DNA of 63,237 nucleotides. Source: an uncultured Planctomycetaceae bacterium. GTDB lineage: Bacteria > Planctomycetota > Planctomycetia > Pirellulales > UBA1268. This document shows positions 29,296-39,130 of this stretch, one piece after another. The notes beneath the pieces were generated by a model. The model saw only the letters and a program-made list of their open reading frames with translations, had not been told where the DNA came from and made no database searches. Each line of letters begins with the position of its first letter. Positions within the stretch are counted from its first letter, which is position 1. The translations under genes and the position numbers were made by a program. Location of the stretch: assembly GCA_903919035.1 (NCBI GenBank), contig CAIXGY010000003.1, positions 1 through 63,237 of the forward strand. The letters are read 5' to 3'.

Positions 29296-32292
29296 CTATG
29301 GCCGGGCAGCCTCGCCCGGCCCCCGCGTAACTTCCACCGGTGCCATCCCGCGACACTTCTCGGCGATCCGCGACCATGCTCGCGCGAGTGCCGCCACCTG
29401 GTCGGGATGGGCGGCCGCGAGGTCGGCGGTCTCACAGCGGTCGGCCGCGAGGTCGTAGAGTTCCCAGTCCTCCCCCGCGGTCGCGACGAGCTTCCAGTCG
29501 CCCTCCCGCACGGCACGGTTGCCCTCGTGGCACCACCACAGCGACTCATGAGCCGGCCGGGCGGAGGCATTCGTGAGCGTTGCGGCGAAGCTCCGACCAT
29601 GCAACGGAGGCCATGCCTGCCCCCCCTGCTGTTCGGGCGCCCGGGCGATCTCGAGCACCGTCGGCACGAGATCGATCACATGCACCGGCTGCGACCGCAG
29701 CTCGCCCCGGGCCGACACGCCCGCTGGCCAGTGGACGATCCACGGGGTGGCGATGCCCCCCTCGTGAACCCAGGTCTTGTGGCGGCGGAACGGCGCGTTG
29801 GCCGCCGTCGACCACCCCGGGCCGAGACACAGGAATGTCTGCCGCGACCCGGGAGGGGCCTCCGGGTCGTGTCCCGCTCCGCGCATCATGATCTCCGCGC
29901 TCGCCCCGTTATCGCTGAGAAACAGCAGGAACGTGTTCTCCAACTCCCCCAGCGCCACGAGCTGGGCGACGATTCGCCCGACCTCGCGATCCATCGACTC
30001 GACCATCGCCGCGTGGATCGCCATTTTCGTCGCCTGGAACTCGCGCTGCTCGTCCGTGAGGGACTCCCACGGCCGCGGCCGGTCGACCTCGCCCGGCCCG
30101 AGCCGCGCAAGAGTCTCGGGCGGCGGCTGGTAGGGCGGCCCCACGTCGGGCTCCGGTTCCGCTGGTGGTGCGGTGACGATGCCCGACTCCCGAAGCCGCC
30201 GACACCGCGCCGCGCGGATGGCGTCCCAGCCCACCCGATAGCGGTCGCGGTACTTCGCCACGAGATCCGCCGGCGCCTGGAGCGGAAAGTGGGGCGCCGT
30301 GAAGGCGACGTAGTGGAAGAAGGGCGTGCCGGCGTGTTCCCGGGCATGGTCGGCGAGACAGCGGACGGCATGGTCGCCGATCGCGGTGGTCGCGTAGAAG
30401 TTCCCGTCGGCCGCGAGCGGTGCGCCGTCCTCGCTCGTCCCCTCGGGAGCGAAATAGTCGTTCTGCCCGGTGCGGCCGACGTCGAGCGACCGCGCGAAGC
30501 CCTGGGTGCGCGGGTCGCCGTCGATGTGCCACTTGCCCGAATGGTAGGAGCGGTAGCCCGCCGCCGCGAGTCGCTCAGGCAGGAGCGTCGCCCAGGCGGG
30601 CCGCGTCCCCGAGGCGCCCCCGGGCCCGCCGGGCAGGGCATCCCGGCCGACCGCCTGCGGATAGTAGCCCGTGAGCAGGGCCGCCCGCGTGGGCCAGCAC
30701 CTTGCCGTGTTGTAGCCCTGCGTGAACCTCGCGCCTCCTGCCGCGAGCCGGTCGAGGTGCGGCGTGTCGATTTCGCCGCCGTAGCAGCCGAGGTCGGAGA
30801 ACCCGAGATCGTCGGCGAGGATCACGAGCACGTTCGGCGGCCTGGCCGCCGCGGCCTGCCCCCGCACGAGGCCATCGAGTTCGCGGACGGTCGCCGCGCA
30901 CGCCGGATCGTCCGCCAGGTTGACCAGTTCTCGGGGATCGGTCTCGTGGTCGTACAACTGCCGCCCGCCGTCCTTCCAGACGGTGTAGCGCCAGCGGCCA
31001 CTTCGCACGCTCATGCCGCGCCGACGGTCGCCGGGCTTGCCCACCTCGGTAAACGCCGGCCGCTCGGGAAAGACGTTCCGCAACTCCTCGGAGCCGCAGA
31101 CGAGCGGAGCCAGGCTCCGGCCGTCGACTCCCGGAGGCACGGAGACTCCGGCCAAGTCGCAGACCGTCGGCAGGAGGTCGATGAGTTCGACGGTGTGGTC
31201 CGCGACGGCCCCGGGCCGACCATCCGGCGCGGCGATCACCAACGGCACGCGGGCGCTCTCCTCGAAGAGGCTCGACTTCTGCCACAGTCCGTGCTCACCG
31301 AGATGGTAGCCGTGGTCACTCGTGAACACGACGACCGTGTTCTCCTCGAGGCCGAGCCGACGCAGCGCGTCGAGCACGAGTCCCGCCTGCGCGTCGACGA
31401 ACGACACACTCGCGCGATAGGCCTGCAGCGCCTCGCGACCCAGGTCGCCCGCGAGCCGCTGCTGCTCCGGCTTGTGGCTGCCGAACGCCTCGGCGGGCAC
31501 GCCCGTGTCGTGATCGGCGGGCACCACCGGCAGCTGCACGCCGGCGAGCGGGTGCTTGGCGAACCACGCCTTCGGCGCCACGTACGGCGTGTGCGGCCGG
31601 TAGAAGCCGACGGCCAGAAAGAATGGGGTCTTGTCCCGCGCAAAGGCCTCGAGCCGTTCGACGGCGCGAGCCGCGGCGATCCCGTCGGTCTGCTCGGCAT
31701 CGGTGCCGTCGGCCGCCAGCCAGCTCACTGTGCCGCCGAATTCACCGGGCCGAAGCGAGAAAATCTGATCCTCGTCGGCCACGTCGCGCCCCTTGGGATT
31801 GAAGACGTCGTCCCAGCTCTCAGGATCATCGAGGCCGTCGGTGCCGATCTCCTTGGGCACGCCGTAGTGGTAAAGCTTGCCGATCCGCTCCGTCCGCCAT
31901 CCGGCGTTTCGGAAGGCCTGCGGCAGCGTGACCACCGTGGGATCGACGTCGCGAAACCGCCGCGCGTTGTCGTGGACTTCCGTATGCGACGGCCTGCGGC
32001 CGGTGAGCAGGCTCGCCCGGCTGGGGTTGCACAGCGGGTATTGGCAGTAGGCCCGCTCGAACCGCACACCTCGGGCGGCCAGGGCGTCGATATGCGGCGT
32101 GGCCGCCGTCGCGTCGCCATACGATCCCAGCGCGCAGCACAGGTCGTCGCAGACGATGAAGAGCACGTTGCGGCGAGGAGCCTCCGACGCCGCCCCGGCC
32201 ACGCCCGCCATCAGGAGCGTGGCGATCGCGACGGCCCCCCGCCGCCACCGGCCGGCGCCACCACACCCCGTCGATCCTCTGCGCCGCAGCAT
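29296..32292 (-). CDS. Secreted double-module sulfatase (iduronate-sulfatase-like + arylsulfatase-like)
   Basis: Module 1: NVLFIVCDDL...CNPSRASLLTGRRP. Module 2 (from about aa 480): NVLVILADDLGFSDLGCYGGEI.TP.LD.LA..G.RF...Y....CWPTRAALLTGYYP. Arg-rich signal peptide. Confidence 0.85.
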   Translation of the reverse strand: MLRRRGSTGCGGAGRWRRGAVAIATLLMAGVAGAASEAPRRNVLFIVCDDLCCALGSYGDATAATPHIDALAARGVRFERAYCQYPLCNPSRASLLTGRRPSHTEVHDNARRFRDVDPTVVTLPQAFRNAGWRTERIGKLYHYGVPKEIGTDGLDDPESWDDVFNPKGRDVADEDQIFSLRPGEFGGTVSWLAADGTDAEQTDGIAAARAVERLEAFARDKTPFFLAVGFYRPHTPYVAPKAWFAKHPLAGVQLPVVPADHDTGVPAEAFGSHKPEQQRLAGDLGREALQAYRASVSFVDAQAGLVLDALRRLGLEENTVVVFTSDHGYHLGEHGLWQKSSLFEESARVPLVIAAPDGRPGAVADHTVELIDLLPTVCDLAGVSVPPGVDGRSLAPLVCGSEELRNVFPERPAFTEVGKPGDRRRGMSVRSGRWRYTVWKDGGRQLYDHETDPRELVNLADDPACAATVRELDGLVRGQAAAARPPNVLVILADDLGFSDLGCYGGEIDTPHLDRLAAGGARFTQGYNTARCWPTRAALLTGYYPQAVGRDALPGGPGGASGTRPAWATLLPERLAAAGYRSYHSGKWHIDGDPRTQGFARSLDVGRTGQNDYFAPEGTSEDGAPLAADGNFYATTAIGDHAVRCLADHAREHAGTPFFHYVAFTAPHFPLQAPADLVAKYRDRYRVGWDAIRAARCRRLRESGIVTAPPAEPEPDVGPPYQPPPETLARLGPGEVDRPRPWESLTDEQREFQATKMAIHAAMVESMDREVGRIVAQLVALGELENTFLLFLSDNGASAEIMMRGAGHDPEAPPGSRQTFLCLGPGWSTAANAPFRRHKTWVHEGGIATPWIVHWPAGVSARGELRSQPVHVIDLVPTVLEIARAPEQQGGQAWPPLHGRSFAATLTNASARPAHESLWWCHEGNRAVREGDWKLVATAGEDWELYDLAADRCETADLAAAHPDQVAALARAWSRIAEKCRGMAPVEVTRGPGEAARP

Positions 32293-32302
32293 GGCACGCG
32301 TC

Positions 32303-33433
32303 CTAGTGTTTCAGCAGATCAGCCACGAATTCCGCATACGCGGGCGCCCGCGCCTCGGGCTTCAGGTCCCGCAGGCCCGCCAGCTTCGGTCGCTGGCCCG
32401 CCGCCCAGCCCGGATCGGCCGCCATCCGGGCGTCGGCTGCCGCCAGAAGTTCGTCGGCGTTTCCTTCAGTCGTGGCGGCGGCCGCCGCCACGACACTCCG
32501 CACGAACTCCGCGGCCTGTACGTCGGGATTGGGCTCGGCCGGGGCGTCGACGAGCCCGAGCGCCCAGGCGATGCCCTCGGCCGCATGCCGCCGGAACATC
32601 GGCTCCCGCCACGTGGCCTCGTTGTGGCCGAAGTTCGTGGAGAACACCCTGCCCTTGCCATACTCGCGGATCCACGACACTGGCACGTGCCACGGCTCCC
32701 GCGGGTCGCTCGCGGTCATGTCGAGGCTCACGAGCACGCGGACGTTCTCCGGTACGTAGCGGTCGTCGTACTGGTAGATCTCGTCCTGCCAGCGGAACCG
32801 CGCGGGCAACATCGCCGCGATGCGGTGGCCCGGCTCGTGGACGACGAACCCGTGCTCGCCACCCGCCCGCCACGGATGACCGGCGAAATATCCGCCGATC
32901 ATGGCCACGAAGGCGTCAGAGCCCTTGAACGTGTCGGTCGCCGCGTGAAATCCGACGAAGGCCTTGCCCGAGGCGATCCAGGCCAGGAACGCATCCATGT
33001 CGGGAATGGGCAGATCGCCGGTCGTGCTCGCGAAGATCACGCCATCGAAGGCCGCGAGCGTGGCTGGGGAGAAGGCGGTGGCCAGCCGCTCCCGCAGGCC
33101 CGACTGCCAGGCGGCCTCGTCCCGCTCGAACGCCTGCCGGGCCGTGCGAAACTCCTCCTGCCGTGTCTGCCACTCCTCCGCGGTCGTCGCCGGGCCGCGC
33201 TGCGGCGGCTTGGGCGGCTGCGGCCGGCCGGGAGGCTGCCGCAGCCAATCGAGATGGAACAGGCTCGACTCCCGGCCGATCTCCTCGAGCGCGGCCTCGG
33301 CCACGGGGATCGATGCGTGACGGAAGCCGGTGGTGACGCTGACGCACAACAGCCGGCGTGGTGGCTGCTCGGCGACCGCCACCGAGGCTGCAACCGCCAC
33401 CACGCAGACGATCCACGCCACACGGCCCATCAT
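32303..33433 (-). CDS. ThuA-domain protein (secreted)
   Basis: GFRH.SI, FDGVIFASTTGDL, FVGFHAATDTF, IGGYFAGHPW, VSWIREYGKGRVFSTNFGHNE.TW. ATG at 33433 overlaps the upstream stop. Confidence 0.75.
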   Translation of the reverse strand: MMGRVAWIVCVVAVAASVAVAEQPPRRLLCVSVTTGFRHASIPVAEAALEEIGRESSLFHLDWLRQPPGRPQPPKPPQRGPATTAEEWQTRQEEFRTARQAFERDEAAWQSGLRERLATAFSPATLAAFDGVIFASTTGDLPIPDMDAFLAWIASGKAFVGFHAATDTFKGSDAFVAMIGGYFAGHPWRAGGEHGFVVHEPGHRIAAMLPARFRWQDEIYQYDDRYVPENVRVLVSLDMTASDPREPWHVPVSWIREYGKGRVFSTNFGHNEATWREPMFRRHAAEGIAWALGLVDAPAEPNPDVQAAEFVRSVVAAAAATTEGNADELLAAADARMAADPGWAAGQRPKLAGLRDLKPEARAPAYAEFVADLLKH

Positions 33434-34740
33434 CGCTCTCCGATGCACCACAAGGAATCGTGGGTCCGCAGGAGGATTCGGCCATCGACGCACGCCGGCG
33501 TGGCGACCGTCATCTCACCCACGTCGCCGGTTCCCCGTTCCCGCCACGCTTCGCCACGATCGTCCGGCGGAGGCCAGGCGAGTACGGTGGAGTGGCCATC
33601 TTCACGGGTGAGAATCAGCTGGCCATCGACGATGACAGGCGACGAACTGTAGGCGTTGCGGTTGGCCGGCAGCGCATGCCGCACGAGAGTCGCCCCGGTG
33701 GTCGGATCGAGGCACTCCACGCTCCCCTTATCGCCACAGATCACGAGCCTGCCGTCCGCGAAGACCGGCGTGGGCACGTCGGCCCCGACGTCGTCGCGGA
33801 ACCAGGCGACGTGGGTCGCCGTCACGTCGCCGGATCCACCGCGGCGAATCGCCGTCAGTGACGACCCGCGAGCATATGGCGCCACCACGAGATTCCCGGC
33901 GGCCACCGGGGAGGCGATCGAACGGAACATGCGATGCTGCGTGGGATTCAGCCCGCCGACCCGCCACAGTTCGTGACCGTCGGCGGCATCATGAGCCGTC
34001 ACGTGATCGGCCCCCAGCACGACGAGCACCTCCGCCGGCTCGGCGAGACCGGGGTCGCCCGCGAGCACGAGCGGGGTCGTGTAGCTTTGCGCTGATTCCT
34101 CCGGTGCGGCGAGGTCGCGGTCGTGTTTCCAGGCGAGGCGACCGGTTTTCTTGTCGAAGGCCACGAGGTAGCTGGGCCCGGTCTGCACGACGGCGACGAC
34201 GACAGCCGACGCGGTGAGCACCGGCGACGTGCCGAGATCCCACCACAACGTGTCCTCGCCGAAGCGTTCCTGAAGGTTCGTCCGCCAGGCAACGTCGCCG
34301 GTGGCGAGATCGAGGCAGGCGAGCTCACCGCTCTTGAAATACACCCATACGCTCGTGCCGTCGGTCACCGGCGAGGGATTGGCTCCGGTGGCCTTCTTGT
34401 GCTTGCCGGCGCGCTCCGGCCCGAGCAGCCGCCGCCACGTCTCCCCACCGTCACGGTCGAGGCACACCACGGCATTGCGGCCGTCGACAGCGCAGGTGAC
34501 CACCACATGATTCCCGGACACCACAGGCGTACTCGCTCCATGGCCCGGAAGTGGCACCCGCCACAACGCATTGGCATCAGGCGACCACGACGTCACGAAT
34601 CCCCTACCGGCCGCGGCACCCGAGCCGCCGGGACCCCGCCAGTCGGGCCAATCGTCGGCCCGCACCACAGCCGCCAGTGGGATGGCGAGGAGTACGGCGG
34701 GGAACGGGAGCAGCGTGTGGGCCCGGACGACGGCGCTCAT
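33430..34740 (-). CDS. Secreted PQQ-like beta-propeller repeat protein
   Basis: Signal peptide, then DDWPDWRGPGGSG and repeated propeller blades. A paralog type of the gene at 793-2073. Confidence 0.75.
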   Translation of the reverse strand: MSAVVRAHTLLPFPAVLLAIPLAAVVRADDWPDWRGPGGSGAAAGRGFVTSWSPDANALWRVPLPGHGASTPVVSGNHVVVTCAVDGRNAVVCLDRDGGETWRRLLGPERAGKHKKATGANPSPVTDGTSVWVYFKSGELACLDLATGDVAWRTNLQERFGEDTLWWDLGTSPVLTASAVVVAVVQTGPSYLVAFDKKTGRLAWKHDRDLAAPEESAQSYTTPLVLAGDPGLAEPAEVLVVLGADHVTAHDAADGHELWRVGGLNPTQHRMFRSIASPVAAGNLVVAPYARGSSLTAIRRGGSGDVTATHVAWFRDDVGADVPTPVFADGRLVICGDKGSVECLDPTTGATLVRHALPANRNAYSSSPVIVDGQLILTREDGHSTVLAWPPPDDRGEAWRERGTGDVGEMTVATPACVDGRILLRTHDSLWCIGER

Positions 34741-34859
34741 GGAGACAGAGTGTAGCGTCCGGCCGACAGCCACGGACTTGCGGCCCCCGTCGGTGGCGGC
34801 GAGCATGGGACGGCGGGCGGCATGGCCGCTGGCTCGCACTTCCCCGACCGAGAGACTGC

Positions 34860-36263
34860 ATGCGATCCACTCTGCTCGTGCTGCTCATCCTGCTCCTGGT
34901 TTGCGGTGCCGGGCCGGCGTCGGCCGCGACCCCCGCGGTGGTCCGACCCAACGTGATCGTCGTGCTCGTCGACGATCTCGGCTGGAAGGATCTCGCCTGC
35001 CAAGGAAGCGAGGTTCACGAGACGCCCACCATCGACCGGCTGGCGGCCTCCGGGATGCGGTTCACGAACGCCTACTCCGCCTGCACCGTGTGCTCGCCAT
35101 CACGGGCGGCACTCATGACCGGACTCTACCCCGCCAGGCTGCACCTCACGGACTGGATCCCCGGTCATGAACGGCTCAAGGCGACACTCCGCATACCCGA
35201 GTGGCGGCGGGAGCTTCCCCTCGAGGCCGTGACCGTGGCCGAACGGCTCAAGGCCGCGGGATACGCCACGGCGAGCATCGGCAAGTGGCATCTCGGTGAC
35301 AAGGATCACGCGCCGGATGCGCAGGGCTTCGACGTGAACGTCGGCGGCACCGACCGCGGCCAGCCGCCGAGCTACCACGCTCCCTATCGGATCCCCACGC
35401 TTCCCGAGGGTGCCCGGGGCGAGTATCTGACCGACCGCGAGGCGATGGAGGCCCAGCAGTTCATCCGCGCCAACCGCCAGGAGCCGTTCTTCCTGTACCT
35501 GGCCCATCACGCAGTTCACGCGCCGATCGAGGGGAAGAAGATCGCAGCCGCGAAGTATCGCATCAAGGGAGCCGGCATGGACGAGCGGCATGCCAACTAC
35601 GCGGCGATGATCGAGAGCGTCGATGACGCGCTCGGAAAGATCCTGGCCGAATTGGACACCGCGAGCATCAGCGACCGCACCCTCGTCGTGTTCACGAGCG
35701 ACAACGGGGGGGTGGCGACCCTGGCGGACAACACCCCACTGCGGGCAGGCAAGGGCTCCGCCTACGAGGGCGGCGTGCGGGTGCCGCTGATCGTGTCGTG
35801 GCCGGGCGTGGTGAAGGCCGGATCCACGAGCGACGTCCCGGTGATCACCTGCGACATCCCAGCCACCATCCTCGACGTCACGGGGGTCGGCGGGGATCCA
35901 GCCCGGCCACTGGACGGCGTCAGCCTGGCGTCGGTCCTTCGGGGTGGCACGCTCGACCGCGACGCACTCTATTGGCACTACCCCCACTACCATCCAGGCG
36001 GCGCCACGCCGCACAGCGTGATCCGCGCCGGCTCCCTGCGGCTCATCCACTTCTACGAGGACGGGCACGACGAACTCTACGATCTGGCGAAGGATCCGGG
36101 GGAACGGTCGAACCTCGCGACCGACCGTGCCGCCGACACCGAGGCACTGCGGGCGAAACTCGACGCCTGGCTCGCCGACGTCGGCGCGCAGTTCCCCACC
36201 CGCAAGGAAGCCGGCGGCGTGCCCCTGCCGCCAGAGCCAACGCCATCCGCCGCGACCCCCTGA
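34860..36263 (+). CDS. Arylsulfatase-family sulfatase (secreted)
   Basis: Signal peptide MRSTLLVLLILLLVCGAGPASA. NVIVVLVDDLGWKDL...CTVCSPSRAALMTGLYP. GKWHLGD. Confidence 0.88.
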   Translation: MRSTLLVLLILLLVCGAGPASAATPAVVRPNVIVVLVDDLGWKDLACQGSEVHETPTIDRLAASGMRFTNAYSACTVCSPSRAALMTGLYPARLHLTDWIPGHERLKATLRIPEWRRELPLEAVTVAERLKAAGYATASIGKWHLGDKDHAPDAQGFDVNVGGTDRGQPPSYHAPYRIPTLPEGARGEYLTDREAMEAQQFIRANRQEPFFLYLAHHAVHAPIEGKKIAAAKYRIKGAGMDERHANYAAMIESVDDALGKILAELDTASISDRTLVVFTSDNGGVATLADNTPLRAGKGSAYEGGVRVPLIVSWPGVVKAGSTSDVPVITCDIPATILDVTGVGGDPARPLDGVSLASVLRGGTLDRDALYWHYPHYHPGGATPHSVIRAGSLRLIHFYEDGHDELYDLAKDPGERSNLATDRAADTEALRAKLDAWLADVGAQFPTRKEAGGVPLPPEPTPSAATP

Positions 36264-36468
36264 CGCAGCCCAGACGATTCCCACGTGATCCTCGCGCGTC
36301 ACCGCGCCTGTCCCGGCGTCGGGGATGCCCCCCGCGCGGAAAGATCACGTGTGCGCCCTATTGAGGGGTTGCCCCAGGCCACCCGCACGGCCCGTGCGTT
36401 TGCAGCACCGCCGACGATCCGGTTGAATACCGGCCCGATCCATCAGGCCCACCGCCCGGAGACCCACC

Positions 36469-37674
36469 ATGGCCAAGAAGACCATCGCCGACCTCGACCC
36501 CGCCGGCAGAGCGATTCTCGTCCGCGTCGATTTCAACGTGCCCCAGGACGACTCGGGTCACATCACCGACGATCGGAGAATCCGCATGGCCCTGCCGACG
36601 ATCACGTCGATCCTCGACCGGGGCGGCAAGGCGATCCTCATGTCACACCTCGGCCGCCCTGCAGGCAAAGGTTTCGAGGCCGAGTTTTCTCTGGCGCCCG
36701 TGGCCACGCGGCTGGCAGAACTGCTCGGCCGTCCCGTCGCCATCGCCGCTGACACCGGCGGCCCCGACTCACACACCAAGGCGCGGGCCCTCCCGGCCGG
36801 AGGCGTGCTCGTGCTGGAGAACGTCCGCTTCAACAAGGGCGAGAAGAAGGGGGACGACCCGGCCTACGTGGCGGGCCTCGCGAGTCTCGCCGATGGGTAT
36901 GTCAACGACGCCTTCGGCACCTGTCACCGCACCGAGGCGAGCATGCACGCGGTCCCGGTGGCGATGAAGGCGGCCGGCAAACCCGCCGTCAGCGGCTTCC
37001 TCGTGGAAAAGGAGATCCGCTATCTGGCCGACGCGATCGCGCACCCGAAGCGGCCCTTCGTGGCGATCCTCGGCGGCAAGAAGGTGTCGGACAAGATCGC
37101 CGTGATCGAGAATCTGCTCTCGATCTGCGACCACGTGCTCATCGGTGGCGCGATGGCCTACACGTTTTCGCTGGCCCAGGGAGGCCGGACGGGAAAATCG
37201 CTCGTGGAGCCCGACAAGGTGGATCTGGCGAAGTCGCTGCTCGCGAAAGCGGCGGGCAAACTCGTGCTCCCCGTCGACACGCACTGCGCCGACGAGTTTT
37301 CGGCCACCGCGAATCGGCGCACCGTGAAGGCGGGGATGATCCCCGACGGTTTCGAGGGCCTCGACATCGGCCCGGAGACGGCGGATCGCTACGCGGCCAT
37401 CATCCGCTCGGCAGGCACCGTCGTCTGGAACGGTCCGATGGGCGTCTTCGAGTTGCCCCCCTTCGATGCCGGCACGAAAGCCGTGGCAGATGCGGTCGCA
37501 GACGCGACCACGCGTGGCGCGGTGACGATCATCGGTGGCGGTGATTCGGCAGCCGCCGTCGAGCAACTCGGCTACGCCGACAGGGTGAGCCACGTCTCGA
37601 CGGGAGGCGGTGCATCGCTCGAAATGCTCGAAGGCAAGGCATTCGCGACCGTGGCGATCCTGGACGAGCGCTGA
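36469..37674 (+). CDS. pgk: Phosphoglycerate kinase
   Basis: [48 protein letters not shown]. Confidence 0.95.
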   Translation: MAKKTIADLDPAGRAILVRVDFNVPQDDSGHITDDRRIRMALPTITSILDRGGKAILMSHLGRPAGKGFEAEFSLAPVATRLAELLGRPVAIAADTGGPDSHTKARALPAGGVLVLENVRFNKGEKKGDDPAYVAGLASLADGYVNDAFGTCHRTEASMHAVPVAMKAAGKPAVSGFLVEKEIRYLADAIAHPKRPFVAILGGKKVSDKIAVIENLLSICDHVLIGGAMAYTFSLAQGGRTGKSLVEPDKVDLAKSLLAKAAGKLVLPVDTHCADEFSATANRRTVKAGMIPDGFEGLDIGPETADRYAAIIRSAGTVVWNGPMGVFELPPFDAGTKAVADAVADATTRGAVTIIGGGDSAAAVEQLGYADRVSHVSTGGGASLEMLEGKAFATVAILDER

Positions 37675-37677
37675 CCG

Positions 37678-38628
37678 TCAGCGGCTGGCAGTTTCGCGGG
37701 CCAGCGGCCTGGACGGTCGGGCGGCAACGTAGTCGCGGTCGAACCCGCTCAATCGGGCCAGCGGCACATCCACCGTGCAGCCGTCGCTCGTGAGGATCTC
37801 CACAGCGTCACCGTGCATGCCGACGAGACGACCGACCACCGCCGACGACGCGGTGTCGTCGATCCAGCGACGAAATGGCTCTGCGGATGCGGCCGGGTTC
37901 CCAGGCAGCTGCGCTCCGGCGGCCGGTGGATCCACGGAGGGGGCGACATCAGGCGGTGCGTCATCGGCCGGGAGGGCATCCTGATCGGCTGGAGTCGCAC
38001 CGTCGGGCACGTCGGAGTCGGTGGCATCGGCAGCCGCCTCGTCGGCCTCCTCGAAGGCATTTCTGGGGCGCGGCTCCGCGGGAGCCTCCTCAGCCAGCGA
38101 CTCCGGGATCGCGGCGGGTGGTTCCGACACGTCGGTGACATGCGGAGCAGGCTCGACGGCAGGTGTGTTGGGGGCCGGCATCTCCAGTTCGGCCTCCGGG
38201 ACGGCGGACTCGGCGGCTGATGCGGGCGCCACGGGCTCGAGATCGGGCACGGTCGCGGCCACCGGTGCTGGAGTGGCAGTGGGCGACTCGGACACCTCGA
38301 CCGCTCCCGGATGGTCGGCCACGGCCGTATCCACGACCACGGTTTCGTCGCCGCAGGAGAGCCATGCTCCACAGGGCATCACCTCACCGCTGGAGCAGGG
38401 TTCGACCCAGACCAACGGCCCGACCGCCCATGCGTGGTCGCAGTTGAAGGTCGGCTCTGTCGCCGCTTCGACGCACCACGGCCAGCCGGCGATTTCGACC
38501 GCTACCGGCGGTTCACAGGCCGGCGTCGCGTGGTGCCACCTCCGCAGGTGGCCACAAGCCCGGGCGGCGTCGATCGAGAGCGAAAGCGTGAGCACTCCGA
38601 CGAGCAGGCTGTGCAGGTACCGACGCAC
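37678..38628 (-). CDS. Secreted Cys-rich protein with acidic Pro/Ala linker and C-terminal SHD1-like domain
   Basis: Signal peptide MRRYLHSLLVGVLTLSLSIDAARA. About 9 Cys in the first 90 aa, then a low-complexity A/P/E/D tract. C-terminus FRRWIDDTASSAVVGRLVGMHGDAVEILTSDGCTVDVPLARLSGFDRDYV fits the SHD1 R-W-D...V-P-L..LS..D..Y pattern. Confidence 0.6.
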   Translation of the reverse strand: MRRYLHSLLVGVLTLSLSIDAARACGHLRRWHHATPACEPPVAVEIAGWPWCVEAATEPTFNCDHAWAVGPLVWVEPCSSGEVMPCGAWLSCGDETVVVDTAVADHPGAVEVSESPTATPAPVAATVPDLEPVAPASAAESAVPEAELEMPAPNTPAVEPAPHVTDVSEPPAAIPESLAEEAPAEPRPRNAFEEADEAAADATDSDVPDGATPADQDALPADDAPPDVAPSVDPPAAGAQLPGNPAASAEPFRRWIDDTASSAVVGRLVGMHGDAVEILTSDGCTVDVPLARLSGFDRDYVAARPSRPLARETASR

Positions 38629-39130
38629 GGAGGCACCTCGAGAGCGGGAAACGGGACGACCCTGCGTCCTTGGAGTGTCATGCTAATTCCCGCGATTCCC
38701 CCCCGCAAATCGACGGGGTCGGCCGCCGAACGAGCGGCCGACGCGTGCCGACCGCGTCTCGTGCACTGAAATCGGCGTCTCCCAACGTAGCGCGGGCCGG
38801 AGCGACTTTTGCCGCTCCGGCCCGCCACCGTGAATCGAGCCTGTCGACCGCCTGCGAACGGGGTAGAACACTGCGAGACTGATGCGGATCGGGCCCAGGG
38901 GCCCGAGCCGCGGCACACGGCCGCGAAACTGCCCAAAAGCCTTTCAGGGGATCCGGATCAACGCGTTGGGGTTGGCACCTCCGACGGGACGCGGCGACAG
39001 GTCGAAGATCGATGCTGGAAGGTTCGTCCTCAGCCGGCCCGGAACTGAAGCAGATCATCCGCGGTGGCGCACGACCGTCACAGCCGGCAGTCCGCTCAAG
39101 GACGTCGCCGGAATTCGCCAGGAATCGTCG

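Noticed and set aside
29197-32928. A 1243-aa ORF on the plus strand, the longest in the track.
   Set aside because: It runs antisense to the double sulfatase and ThuA genes and has an Arg/Pro/Gly-rich, low-complexity composition with no recognisable motifs. This is a typical high-GC shadow frame.
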